A DNA stretch of 64,000 bases from the NCBI GenBank assembly GCA_964035545.1, contig OZ037773.1:6663751-6727750 (forward strand), in the 5' to 3' direction. The stretch is from Bugula neritina (taxonomy: Eukaryota; Animalia; Bryozoa). The stretch's first letter is position 1, and the number at the start of each line of letters is the position of its first letter. This document shows, in pieces, positions 36,101-47,230 of the stretch. Made by a program: the position numbers and the translations under genes. Below the pieces are notes generated by a model. That model did not search any database and was not told the origin of the DNA. It worked only from the letters and a program-made list of their open reading frames with translations.

Positions 36101-39100
36101 AGGTAGCCTTGGTTCTTCTAGGACTAGATTGTGGGGGAGGAATAGCCTGAGAGGGTAACGATGCGGAGGAATCAGATGGCTGAAGTGACGCTCCACCCGC
36201 CACTAAACTTTGCCCTAAGGCCACACCTTCATGGGTCAGCCTGTATCTAATAACAATACAAATATTGTCGACATCTCTTGTTAAACAATTATATGCAGAA
36301 AGTTGTCTTTATGATAACAAGTTCATGGAATATAAAAGCAAATAATATTTGAAATAACTGCTAATTTAAAAATAGCAACATCTATTTTAACCAGAAAAGA
36401 AGTAGCAAGTGATTATTTCCATTATCAAAGATGTGTGGTATGGAACACAATTTGACTTAACAATACTAACGAATGCTACTGCAGTCTATAACTATACCTT
36501 GTAGCAAGTCACTTACTATAACTTTGTATATAAAGAAAGTCTAGATTAATGAGAGTTGTCTCACCTAGCTGGTGAACTGCATTTATCCACAAGTCCTTTT
36601 CTTACTAGGACAGACATGGAGGAAAATGCTGTGTAATATGAGCCAGAATCAGGCTACAAAAAACATACGTAATACAGGTGCATTATCTGTCATACAGCTG
36701 TAATATAATATATAATATTGTAATGCAGTTGTAATATAATATATAATATAGTATTGCAGCTGTAATATCTATAATATAATAATACAGTAACACTAGGACA
36801 GTTTTAGAGCAACTTGAGCCAAGTTGATAAGAACTCTACCAAATATTTGATTATGTATTATACACACCGCTTTCCCTGAAGGGATGCAATTTCAAACACA
36901 GTTTAGTAAAGCAGATTCAATATGCAATAAGACTCAATAGAAGTGAAATAAAAAACTGCTCCCTAGCTGAAAGTTAAAGAGCCACCTAAAACTATGGTAG
37001 TTTGCTCTCTGATATATAATATATATTACACAGATACCACTACATAGAAAACACAGTACTTACCACAGACGAAGCTGAATCACACACGTACAGATACCAC
37101 TACGTAGAAAACATAGAACTTACCACAGACAAAGATTTGTCACAATGAGGCTGAGCTAATCGAATTAAATCTTTCTTAGTCAGATACTCCCCTCGACACT
37201 CCACCTGTACGACAGCAGATCTGGACGTGAAACACTCGCAGTACCAGACTAACACACACGAGTGCACAACCTATCTAGCCTTAGGGACACGTTCACACTT
37301 AGTAAAGACTACGTAAAAACTATGGGCCACAGGCTTACATAATTTAATAAGACATCTTCAGCTTTTACACAGTTTTAGCATAATTGTGGGGGATCACCCG
37401 AACCTTGAAGTAGTAATTATTTCAACAGAAGAAGTACAAAAACTAAGCACTTTTTATTAATTTAATACGTTGAATAACAAATATTTCAACTATTAAATAC
37501 AACTAAGTCTGTATTAGTATACAGAGAGATGTGAGAGAATATTATAATAGTCTACGCTGCACCAAAGTTGAGAGAGAAGAAATAGCCTTGACCCCTGGAC
37601 CTGCACTAACCTGTGTGTATTCATACAGAGTCACCAGGATAGCATGAGCTCCAGATCTCAGGGCGGGGACGTACGGCCTACCACTCGACATTGTCCGTCT
37701 TTTCTACATTAGACACAACGCAACGTGAGGTAAAGCAGGAGATTCCCTCAATGTAAGTTGAAAATGATACAATTCCTGGTCGCTCTAAGAAAACATTTAA
37801 CTGAGAGTCTGGGAAAAATAATTAATTTGTGAGCTTTGGTGAATTATTAATATCGTATTGTCATTTTTAAAACACAAACGGGATTAAATCAAACCACGAC
37901 AAAAACAAACACTTTAATAAAAAATGAAAGAAACAACATAGAAATACCTTTAGGGGGCAGGTGGATTCTTCAGATGAAGTCTGAAGATTATTCTCTGTAG
38001 CAGAAGGTAGGTTTACCTCAGCTGAGTTACTTGGTCTATCAGATTCCTCTTTCTCAACACTACCATTCTTACTGTAAACGTTACATGAAATACCACACAA
38101 AGTGTTACATAGTGTCACATAACACAATGTCACATAGCATGATGTGACATGGGATAACGTTGTCCATACATCTTGTGTCTCACCTGCTGCTAGCAAGTAA
38201 ATGTTCCTCTAGTCTCTTGTCCAACATTCCACATATCTTGTCACCAAAGTGCATGAGTATTTTACAGTCTTTGCCCCTGTCCAGTTTCAAGGGATATTTC
38301 TTGAGGGAGGACAAAGCCTGTGTGTAATCAGATGTAAAATTCGGCATACATAATGTAAAAAGAATACACAATCCATTTTATGCAAACTATTGTTGAAGAA
38401 GAAAAGTTACTGGTTTCTCACTATGCCTGCTTAGTTTACAGGAAATTGTACATCAGTTGAAGAAAGATGTAACTCAATGCAGAAAAATGAGTCACACAGC
38501 ATAGAATCATGAAAAAGTATTAGCATTGTATCCTATGGTAAGATAGAGGCTACCATTAGATGTGTGAATGGAAAAGATTTTACAATGAAAACTATTGACA
38601 TTGACATCTTTGAAACTTCGCTATTTTCAATTTTCGAATAATTGTTATAGTGTTGCATCAATCATGAGACCGTTGGAATAACGGGTATTTCATAATTCAA
38701 GATGGAGACACAATTTTTTCAATTTTCCATTCAATTGCCATTAACAATTATCCGATAGTAGCACCAGATTGACTCCTTCCCATTTGCTGAACAATAATTG
38801 TACTATCTATCTACTTCATACTTACTTAACAACAAATTTTCTAGCATTAATAACCTATATAACTAATAAAACACTTATTGGACTATCTATTTACTTCATA
38901 CTAACTTAACGAATTTTCTAGCATTAATAACCTACATAACTAATTAAACACTTATTCTCAAGTAAAACATCTGACATTTAGAATACCACACTAAAGTACC
39001 ATTTAGTAGAATATTTACAAAATAAGTTTACCAAACCATAAGATCTGGCAGACTTCCAGCCTTTGTCTTCTGCATCATTGGCCCACTCACTTAGCCATTC

Positions 39101-39160
39101 GCAAAACAAGGGATTTGGGTTTTTGTCATTAGTCTTCTTTCTCTTGCCCCTAGTTGCCAT
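32462..39160 (-). CDS. MUS81: Crossover junction endonuclease MUS81, 14 coding exons, ~612 aa
   Basis: Exons 39160-39032 ([13 protein letters not shown]), 38317-38184 ([10 protein letters not shown]...HFGDKIC), 38071-37948, 37703-37611 ([16 protein letters not shown]), 37204-37124, 36653-36565 ([11 protein letters not shown]), 36246-36054, 35639-35443 (VVLIVDNRE), 34923-34811 ([12 protein letters not shown]), 34417-34320 ([23 protein letters not shown]; ERCC4 ERKxxxD), 34059-33943, 33557-33238, 32924-32841 and 32528-32462. Phases are consistent; 1839 nt. Confidence 0.97.
32931..33207. repeat. (TAG)n/(CTA)n trinucleotide microsatellite filling MUS81 intron 12
   Basis: About 90 units with sparse interruptions; source of the poly-T and poly-L ORF artefacts. 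Confidence 0.97.
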
Positions 39161-39199
39161 ATTAGTAATGACTGAAAATGCTGAAAAAACAACACTCAT

Positions 39200-39870
39200 A
39201 TAGTTTTAAGTAATTAGTCCTGACTGAATGAGACTTGGACTTACTGACTACTAGTATTACTACTTATAGTATTACTTACAGTTATGAGTCTTACTTTCTA
39301 CTTCAAGTTGAACTAATAGTGACTAATAGATTACTAATACAAATAATAATAGTAATACTAATAATGATAATCCTCAGTTTATAATAATTCAAATTGTAAT
39401 ACTTATACTTATAGTGATAACTTATACTCATTAAATTTAATGTTAATAGACTATTAGCTAATACGGTTATAATACTAAAAGTAATTATAATAATAAAAAT
39501 AGAAGTAACACTAAGCCTAATACTAATAGTTTTATTATATTATTATTATATTTACCTATACCTACTTATAGACTATAGTTTAAGTTATACTTATCTTATA
39601 GTTATACTTATAGGTGTCTTCAGATTCGGACTTAGTCTTAGAAAGTAACTTCGATGCAATAACATTATCATTTAAATTATTAATTATTTCAAAAAGTAAC
39701 AGTTGAACTAAAAACTAAATTTAAAAGTAAAAGTAAAACTAAAAGTATAAGTAAAACTAAAAGTATAAGTAAATCAGAATGAGAATTTTACTCTAAACTC
39801 TAAAGTCTTTACTTTAGACTTTAGAGTTTAGCATAAACTGTTCGGCTTAATCTTAGTATTTAAATTACCA
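39200..39870. repeat. Degenerate 6-bp-periodic A(G/C)T low-complexity tract upstream of the MUS81 start exon
   Basis: For example aagtaa aagtaa aactaa aagtat aagtaa aactaa aagtat aagtaa, and atactt atactt atagtg; same style as 4490-5010. Confidence 0.7.
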
Positions 39871-40609
39871 ATACATTACACATAAATTATGTTATTAAAG
39901 ATATTAGATATTATAACTCTCTATAATCGCTGCTGACAATAAAAACAGGAAAATATTTTTATTGTGGACAATGATCACAACTACAATGACCATCATTACT
40001 AATTTGAAATTTATGACGAAGAAATCAAAACAAAAGTAATCGCTGGGTGAAAATTCTGACGCCTTCTACTTTAGTTTTATAACATACCAATAATATTGAA
40101 AAATAATAAAACTTTACAGTCGTAAATTAGGTCTATAAACACCTTGACCTTAATTTTTACTCGCTCAGACAGTTCACATGTAGAGCGGGCGAGCGCACTA
40201 AATAAAACACAAAGAAACGACTCCAACAAAAGTAACCTCCATGTAAAACCATGGCTATTTCACCTGATTTGTTTATTATTTGCCATGGAGTCCATAACTC
40301 AGTGATTACATTCCCTTGTGGCGAGAGCAGCTAGTTAGAAGTTGTTCACTTTGATGTAGGTAAAAGTGAATGAGGCTTTATTACTAAAATATTATTTTGT
40401 GTATTATGCATATAAAATAGCTAATAATTTGATATGTAAAGCTCCCCAATCAGTAATAAATAATTTTTACTTACTTGTTTATGTTAGACCTAATTTATTG
40501 ACCACATCAACATAGATGACCCATGATAACATTGTATTTATTTGTTGTTTTTTAATAGTATAAAAAAAGTAAAGTCTTAAGCTTGAGTTTTGATCAAACT
40601 TAGACAATA

Positions 40610-43600
40610 ATGTCTTGTGGCGGTGGTGGCTCAGTTGAAGTAGCAAGTAAGTGCCTAATACTTATGTCAACTTGATTGTAACTCATACTTATAACTAATC
40701 CTTAACAGAAAAATATTATTGCCAGTTTTGCAAAAAGAAGTCTGAGAAAAAGACAATAAATATTTCAAGCACTTTAAAATAAGCCAAGACTGTTGAAGAT
40801 CATCATGTAAACATGCAGTTTACCGAAAACGTTCAGTTCGTCTGTTGAGAGTTTCAGCATGAGCTGGTGTGATGTTGACTAAATTTTACTTTTCAAGTTA
40901 AAGCAGTATTTTAAAATATTCGCTAATAACTTTATGTGGCTGAAGTTTATATATTTAGAAGTTTATGTTTGAGATTTTATAAAATCAGTTCACAATATGA
41001 AGCTAGAAAGAATTGACTTTATAAATAACCGAGATCAATAATAGTAATGATAATAAAAATATGTTTAAGTTTTTTAAGCAAGGCTTAAAGCATTGAGATG
41101 ATTTTTACTGCAAAAACTGAAGAAAGAGAATTTTTGCTATCTGCGAAAAAAACTTGTTGTGTTCTTAGAAATCATCTCATGTTTCATCAACACATATGGA
41201 TGACACAATTGCGCTTTAAGCCACCGGTTCAAATCCTGATTATAATTTCTTTTGTGTTTTTACGAACACCTTCACACAATTTTGTCAGTATAGTGAGATA
41301 CCTTGTCTCTCTGATTATTTACAAATCCTTTTCAGCAGAAGAATAAATAAATTGTAGCAAACACTAGTTATATAATTCGATCATTAATAGTTTAGGTCTG
41401 AGTTTAAATGACTTTAAATATTATTATTAAATGTCTATAGACAAACTTCAACCGGAATATTCAATTTATGTTTTGCAGTGTCTGTTTATCCTTTTCCAGT
41501 TATTATATGCATATTATTTTGATAACTTTAGATAGATCTGGACTCAAATATGACTGCACTCTTCGAATGTGGTCCAGTAAGTAAGATTTTTTATAATATT
41601 TAGTTAATGAAACTGGAAGCATTAAACATTTTATTTTTGATATTACTGTATATTGCCAACAACACAAACTTGAGACAACCTCAGTGAGTTATTTTCTCTA
41701 TATATTGTTGCAGAAGGTTTCTTTGGCTGGAAATGGAAAAACGTTTATTTAAAAGTGTTTCGTGACTCCGAGGTTGCCTGGTTCAATGACAAAAAGGACC
41801 ACCAGGCTTTGGGCAAAGTAACTCTCAAGGTACTGGCGGTCATAATGTAAAAAAGGCATATTTATACAATTATAAAACTGTAATGCACACGGATGCATAA
41901 ATATCGGTGTATTAAGTCTTTATCATAATAATTTTATTATTCATTATTTATATGACAGTTTTTATGCCTGTGTCTTAAGTCTTTACGGTATCTTTATGTC
42001 AGCTATGTGTATATTTCTATGCATTTCTTTTTTAACTCAAAGATTCCTTTTTATGATTTTTAGGCTGTTCACAGGAAATTTAATACATCTAGTATAGAGA
42101 AAGTAATTATGACTTGTATATATGTAGAATGATTTTTATAAATACTATTAAATTTTAAAAGTTTTTGAAAAATACTAGATAACATAGTTATAGCTAACAA
42201 ACTGACAATTTAAACACCTGTAAAGTTTTGGTCTTGCCAAGTCAAATAATTTTCAAATTAAATAATCAACAGTGAGTGTAATGCCGAATGAAATACGAGT
42301 GTGTTTGTAGAAAGTAGCCCAGTTTCTTGCTGTTGGACCTTACACTAGCCGAATGAAGAACAAACCAGAGCTTCCATCTGGAGCTAAGCAAGATTATGTG
42401 ATTGCTTTCCCTCAACACCCTAGTCGAAATTCCACTCTTCACTGGATAGTGGTCAACTCAGATAAGGAGATCGGGTAATAACTTGTTCTAGATTATTCTT
42501 CAGTAGAAAACTTTTGAGTACACATGACCCTTATCTAATATTTAATACTCTTATAATATTAATGCAAAAAATAACATTATAGCTGTTTATTTTTAATACG
42601 GCAATTGTCTTTGTTCAATATAAAGTGATTTTTTATTATATGCTGATGCATAACTTTTCTATCAGTGAATGACTACTTTGGTATAATTCTATTTTTCAGG
42701 CAACTGATGAATGCCTTCTGCGCTGTGGTGAGTAGCTAATCAAGAAATGTTATCATGTAATTGCTTGCTCGTGTGACTGGGCCCTGGAGTTGCCTTTCCT
42801 ATTGTGGGTGATTTTTAGGCATACACGCAGATCCTAGATTAGAAACTTTTCTGTAATTATAAGAAATACTTTTACTAAACATGACTGCTACAGTCATAAA
42901 TCTTCTAGTTAGTTACCATGTATCATGAATAAAATTTACTAAAAGGCTATCACAGATTGTGTTGAATGAGATATAAGGTTTTGTGAATACCTGATATACT
43001 ATCTAGATGCTGCTCTGAAAGATTTTGTAGTTGTCCTTACTTGTGCATTTGATTACTTTAAATTACAGTTATTTTGTTTCAGTTGCCTCCTCCTCTCAAA
43101 CAGAAGCCACCCCCTCCAAGTCAAGCACCACCCCCTTATGGCTCCACAGTCCCCCCACAGCCGCAGGGACACTCCATGAATCAAATAGGTGCCTTATAAA
43201 TAGCTAAAGAATACTGATAGATGAAAAAGCAGTAGAAAGATAATAAAATTTGTTTAAATAAAACTAGAAACTCGAATACTCAATAAAATTTGGTTGCATA
43301 AAGGTTATTTCAAGTTTATATTCATGAGCAACTTTTAACTAAATCTATCAACAGTTAACAATCGTCATTGGCAACCTTAAACATGTGGATTACACTCTGA
43401 GAATGCCACAAAAAGTGTATTTGGAGTTGTATATTTTAATATTTTAACACATGTATCATAATTTTGTTTGCAATAAGAATGTGAGCTCAATTTGATAGTT
43501 TTCAATATTATGTAACCATGTCCTTTGGTAGCAGCTTTGCTTTTAGCACTGGTTGTAAGAGCTTACCAAGGCTCTAGGGAGTTTTTGTATTTTAGGTGGA

Positions 43601-45172
43601 CCACCACCTCAGTATGGAGCACATCCACAGCAACAAAGAGCTTATCCGCAGCAACAAAGAGGTTATCCACAGCAACAAAGAGCTTATCCACAGCAACAAG
43701 GGGCTTATCCACAGCAACAAGGGGCTTATCCACAGCAACAAAGAGCTTATCCACCCCAACAAGGGGCCTACCCCCCACACCAACGACGTAGAAGTAACAG
43801 CTCTGATGATGGTTTTGCAACAGGTTAATTGCATTTTTGATATTTTTCTATTGCCTCCACCTATGAAACTGGTCGAATACCATAATTACCAAAAGTAATT
43901 TAAAAATACTTCAAATTAAGTTTTTAGGGCTGCATTTTCAATTTAATCTAATGAATGAATTGCAAAAATGAAATTTTGTACCTCTATATGATTTTTAGAA
44001 TTAACTTAGTTAGATTTTATGCATTTCTGTTTAGGTCTGATCTTGGGGTCGATGATGCGACCCTGCTGGGGTTGGGGTTACGCTCCTGGTTGGGGCTATG
44101 GAGGCTGGGGTCACTATAGTCACTTTGACACACACATGCACAATAGTGTCGAAGTAAACAACACGTACATCACAAACGAGACTAACAACATTACTAACAA
44201 CTACAATGACGAGCAGAATGATGGGGGACAAGATGGTGAAGACCCACCAGGTTAGTTTTTTTGTCTCTAGCGGTTTTTCAATCAAATCAGAGTATTTTAT
44301 GTTATGCAATTAACTTGACATTACCATGTGTTTAAAATAATAATATAATGTTTTATATAAAAACTTTTCGACATAATAATATTGAGAAGGTGTTTAGATT
44401 TAATTACCCACTGCTGACAGTTTGCAAATTGGTGATGTACTCAATTTGGTACACTTTTATGTTTTAAAATTATACTGATACATAAAAACTTATCTTCAAG
44501 GCCGCTAGAATATAATGTCCCTCATAACTATTACTAACATAGTTAATTTGCCTATTAAGGACAAACTCTCTCCAAAAATATGCACAGACAATCCTGAATG
44601 CTAATGTTCTCTTATTGCCTGTATTCAGGGGAAAGCGTGTTGCAAGCTGTTGTTGCTATGAAAAGAAACCTATCGATGATCAAATTGATTGTGACTTTGT
44701 AGATAACTATGGTGAAGATAATATTGAAGGAGATAATGGTGTGGAAGATAACTATGGTGATGGTGAAGGAGATGGTGAGGGTACAGGGTATGGTGATGGT
44801 GAAGGAGATGGTGGAGCAGATTACGGAGGTTTTGGACAAGGTCAAGGGTATAATGAAGATTACAACCAAGAAGGATATGATCAGGGGGGATATGACCAAG
44901 GTGGATATGATCAAGGTGGATATGACCAAGGAGGATATGACCAAGGAGGATATGATCAAGGAGGATATGATCAAGGGGGATATGATCAAGGTGGATATGA
45001 TCAAGGTGGTTATGATCAAGGTGGTTATGATCAAGGTGGATATGATCAAGGGGGATATGACCAGGGTGGATATGACCAGGGTGGTTATGATGACGGTGGT
45101 TACGATGACGGTGGTTATGATGATTATGGCGGTGATGATTATGGCGGTGATGATTTCGGAGGGGATGATTAA
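40610..45172 (+). CDS. PH-domain protein (evectin/PLEKHB-like) with PPxY, YPQQQ repeats, a Gly/Trp hydrophobic patch and an acidic GGYDQ-repeat tail, 469 aa
   Basis: Exons 40610-40646, 41532-41576, 41714-41829 (KGFFGWKWKNVYLKVFRDSEVAWFND), 42311-42474, 42700-42727, 43083-43188 (APPPY), 43596-43823 (AYPQQQ repeats), 44035-44250 (GLILGSMMRPCWGWGY) and 44703-45172. All GT-AG and phase-compatible, 1410 nt. The family assignment is inferred from motif pattern. Confidence 0.82.
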
Positions 45173-45696
45173 CCCCACATTTTTCACACAACAAATTATG
45201 ACTAATAGACAGACTACATTTAATTAAATTATCAATTATAAAACTGAGATGGAAAGCAGACTCTTTCTCATTTTATAAAATTTTGTTAAGCTATTGCAGG
45301 TTTAGAACAGTTTTTACTATAATTTATGTCAAGTGATCTTGATTTGCCATGTGATATATTGAAGTTGTATTACTTTGTTATTGGCTCATAAATTTTCTAT
45401 TAGCATATGCTCACTACTTAAAGTTAACTTTACTAGCATAAGCTTTTATATGAGAACTGGTATATTTTTATATTTGTTTACCTATTTTGCTTGTTGTGCA
45501 TCTGTTATGTGACATTCAAATTGAAAATTGACAGTGTGTATGCATTGCTTGCCAACTTGCTTTTGAATGTTTAATATATTTAGCTTACCACCCAGGAGTT
45601 TTTTCTTACTGCTAAACAAGCTATGAATTTCTGCCCCCTCCTCCCATTGGAAAGGTCCTAGTACTAAATAATATGTAGTGTTGCGCTTACCCAGTG

Positions 45697-45912
45697 TACC
45701 TGTGGTGTAATGGTGAGGGTGTCTGCTTGTAAGCCGGAGGACTAGGGTTCGAATCCCAGTGGGGGCAAAATTATTATATAAAGACAACTCAAGACTATCA
45801 AATAACTTCAGAGATAAATCTAAATACATTATAGAACTTGGAGCATAGCTGAAGGAAGCACATGGCAAGCCACACTGTAAAGCTATCGTGGCGCGTGATT
45901 GTAGATGTAAAA
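45697..45912 (+). mobile_element. tRNA-derived SINE (or tRNA pseudogene), second family
   Basis: A box TGGTGTAATGG, anticodon-like CTTGTAA and B box GGTTCGAATCC. The acceptor and D stems are mispaired. Followed by ~140 bp of body ending in an A run. Confidence 0.7.
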
Positions 45913-47230
45913 AATTAAGCCTTACTCAAAGGTGAAATTAAAAAGCTTTGAAAAGCAGTTTACAAGCATCATACAAATGAAAAGTCTTAGCTCTTGCACA
46001 CTTAATAATTTCTAACTACACCAGGGGTTGGGTGATGAACAATTAGTTACAAATATAATATGCTTCTACAATCTACATCATGACAAGTAACATCAATTAT
46101 GAAAAAAGCATAATTGTGGTTAAGATCTGCGCCATTTTACATGTTTGAATGTCTTTATTTTACAATAGTTGAGACCTAGGCAAGATTTGTTTGGTTGCTT
46201 TATTTTAATGAACACCCACATTTTGTAAAGAATCCCCTACGCGCTTCACTTATGCAGTACTAAAATATTCTTATATCCGTTAGTTCTCATTTACAGACTG
46301 CTTTAAGGTTGGATGCCTAAACAATTTTGTTTTATAAAGAATTTTGTGCGAGTATGTACTGAAATGATTTGGAATTTCTGATGGCATGTAAAACTCTACA
46401 ACATATAATTCACTGAAAGGGATGATGTATTTATTAGCAACACAGAAAAAAAGATCAGAAAACCAAGTCTTAGTTTAAGTACAAGGAACCAGAAAACAAA
46501 ATGTGTAGAAATAAACTTGAAAGAACCAGTTCACCAGTAACTTACATAATTCTTATGTCTTTAGGTAGAAATAATGAGAGGTCAGGATACAGAAATGAGT
46601 ATGTGAAAATCTTTTCAAAAAATATCAACTTTCGACAAAATAATAACTAAGGTTGAATAAAGAAAACTAAATAATGCAAATGATATTCTATAACCAAACA
46701 TATAAACAGCAACAACACATAAACGCAAAAAAAATGAAACACCAACATTTCGAACACTCAATGACATTTATAAAACATTGAACTGACACCACCTATGAGC
46801 TAAATTTAACATATTAACTTGAAATTAAAAAATTACAACATCCAAAGTCTGTGTATTGAAAACCACCATAGTTGTAACAATAACACTCACCAAGAAAGAA
46901 GGTCAAAGATTATTTATACTATAAGTATAGGTCCAAAATACAGAAGCATAATAAGAATTATCTTGAGAAAGAGATAAAGAAAAACCAACATAAAATTATA
47001 TAATTTGAGTGAGTGGGTTTAGTGAAATAATTATGTGGCCACGGATGGTGTTGCATGTGATTGTGAAATGAGAACGAATAAAGTTAAAAACAGTGAGTAA
47101 AATCAGAGGGTGAGTATGGTTTGAGTGCAAAACAATACAATATACACAAAAATACATGCGATTTAGACTGTACAGTTCTTAGGTTAAACGTGTCACACCG
47201 AGAATATGTGAAACTCAACCTCAAAGGGCT

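Noticed and set aside
43525-45227. Alternative-frame and antisense ORFs over the YPQQQ and GGYDQ repeats
   Set aside because: Shadows of repetitive coding exons; splice phase and third-position variation identify the true frame.
45697-45767. Functional tRNA-Thr(TGT) gene
   Set aside because: Acceptor and D stems do not pair properly and no poly-T terminator follows; better explained as a SINE head or pseudogene.
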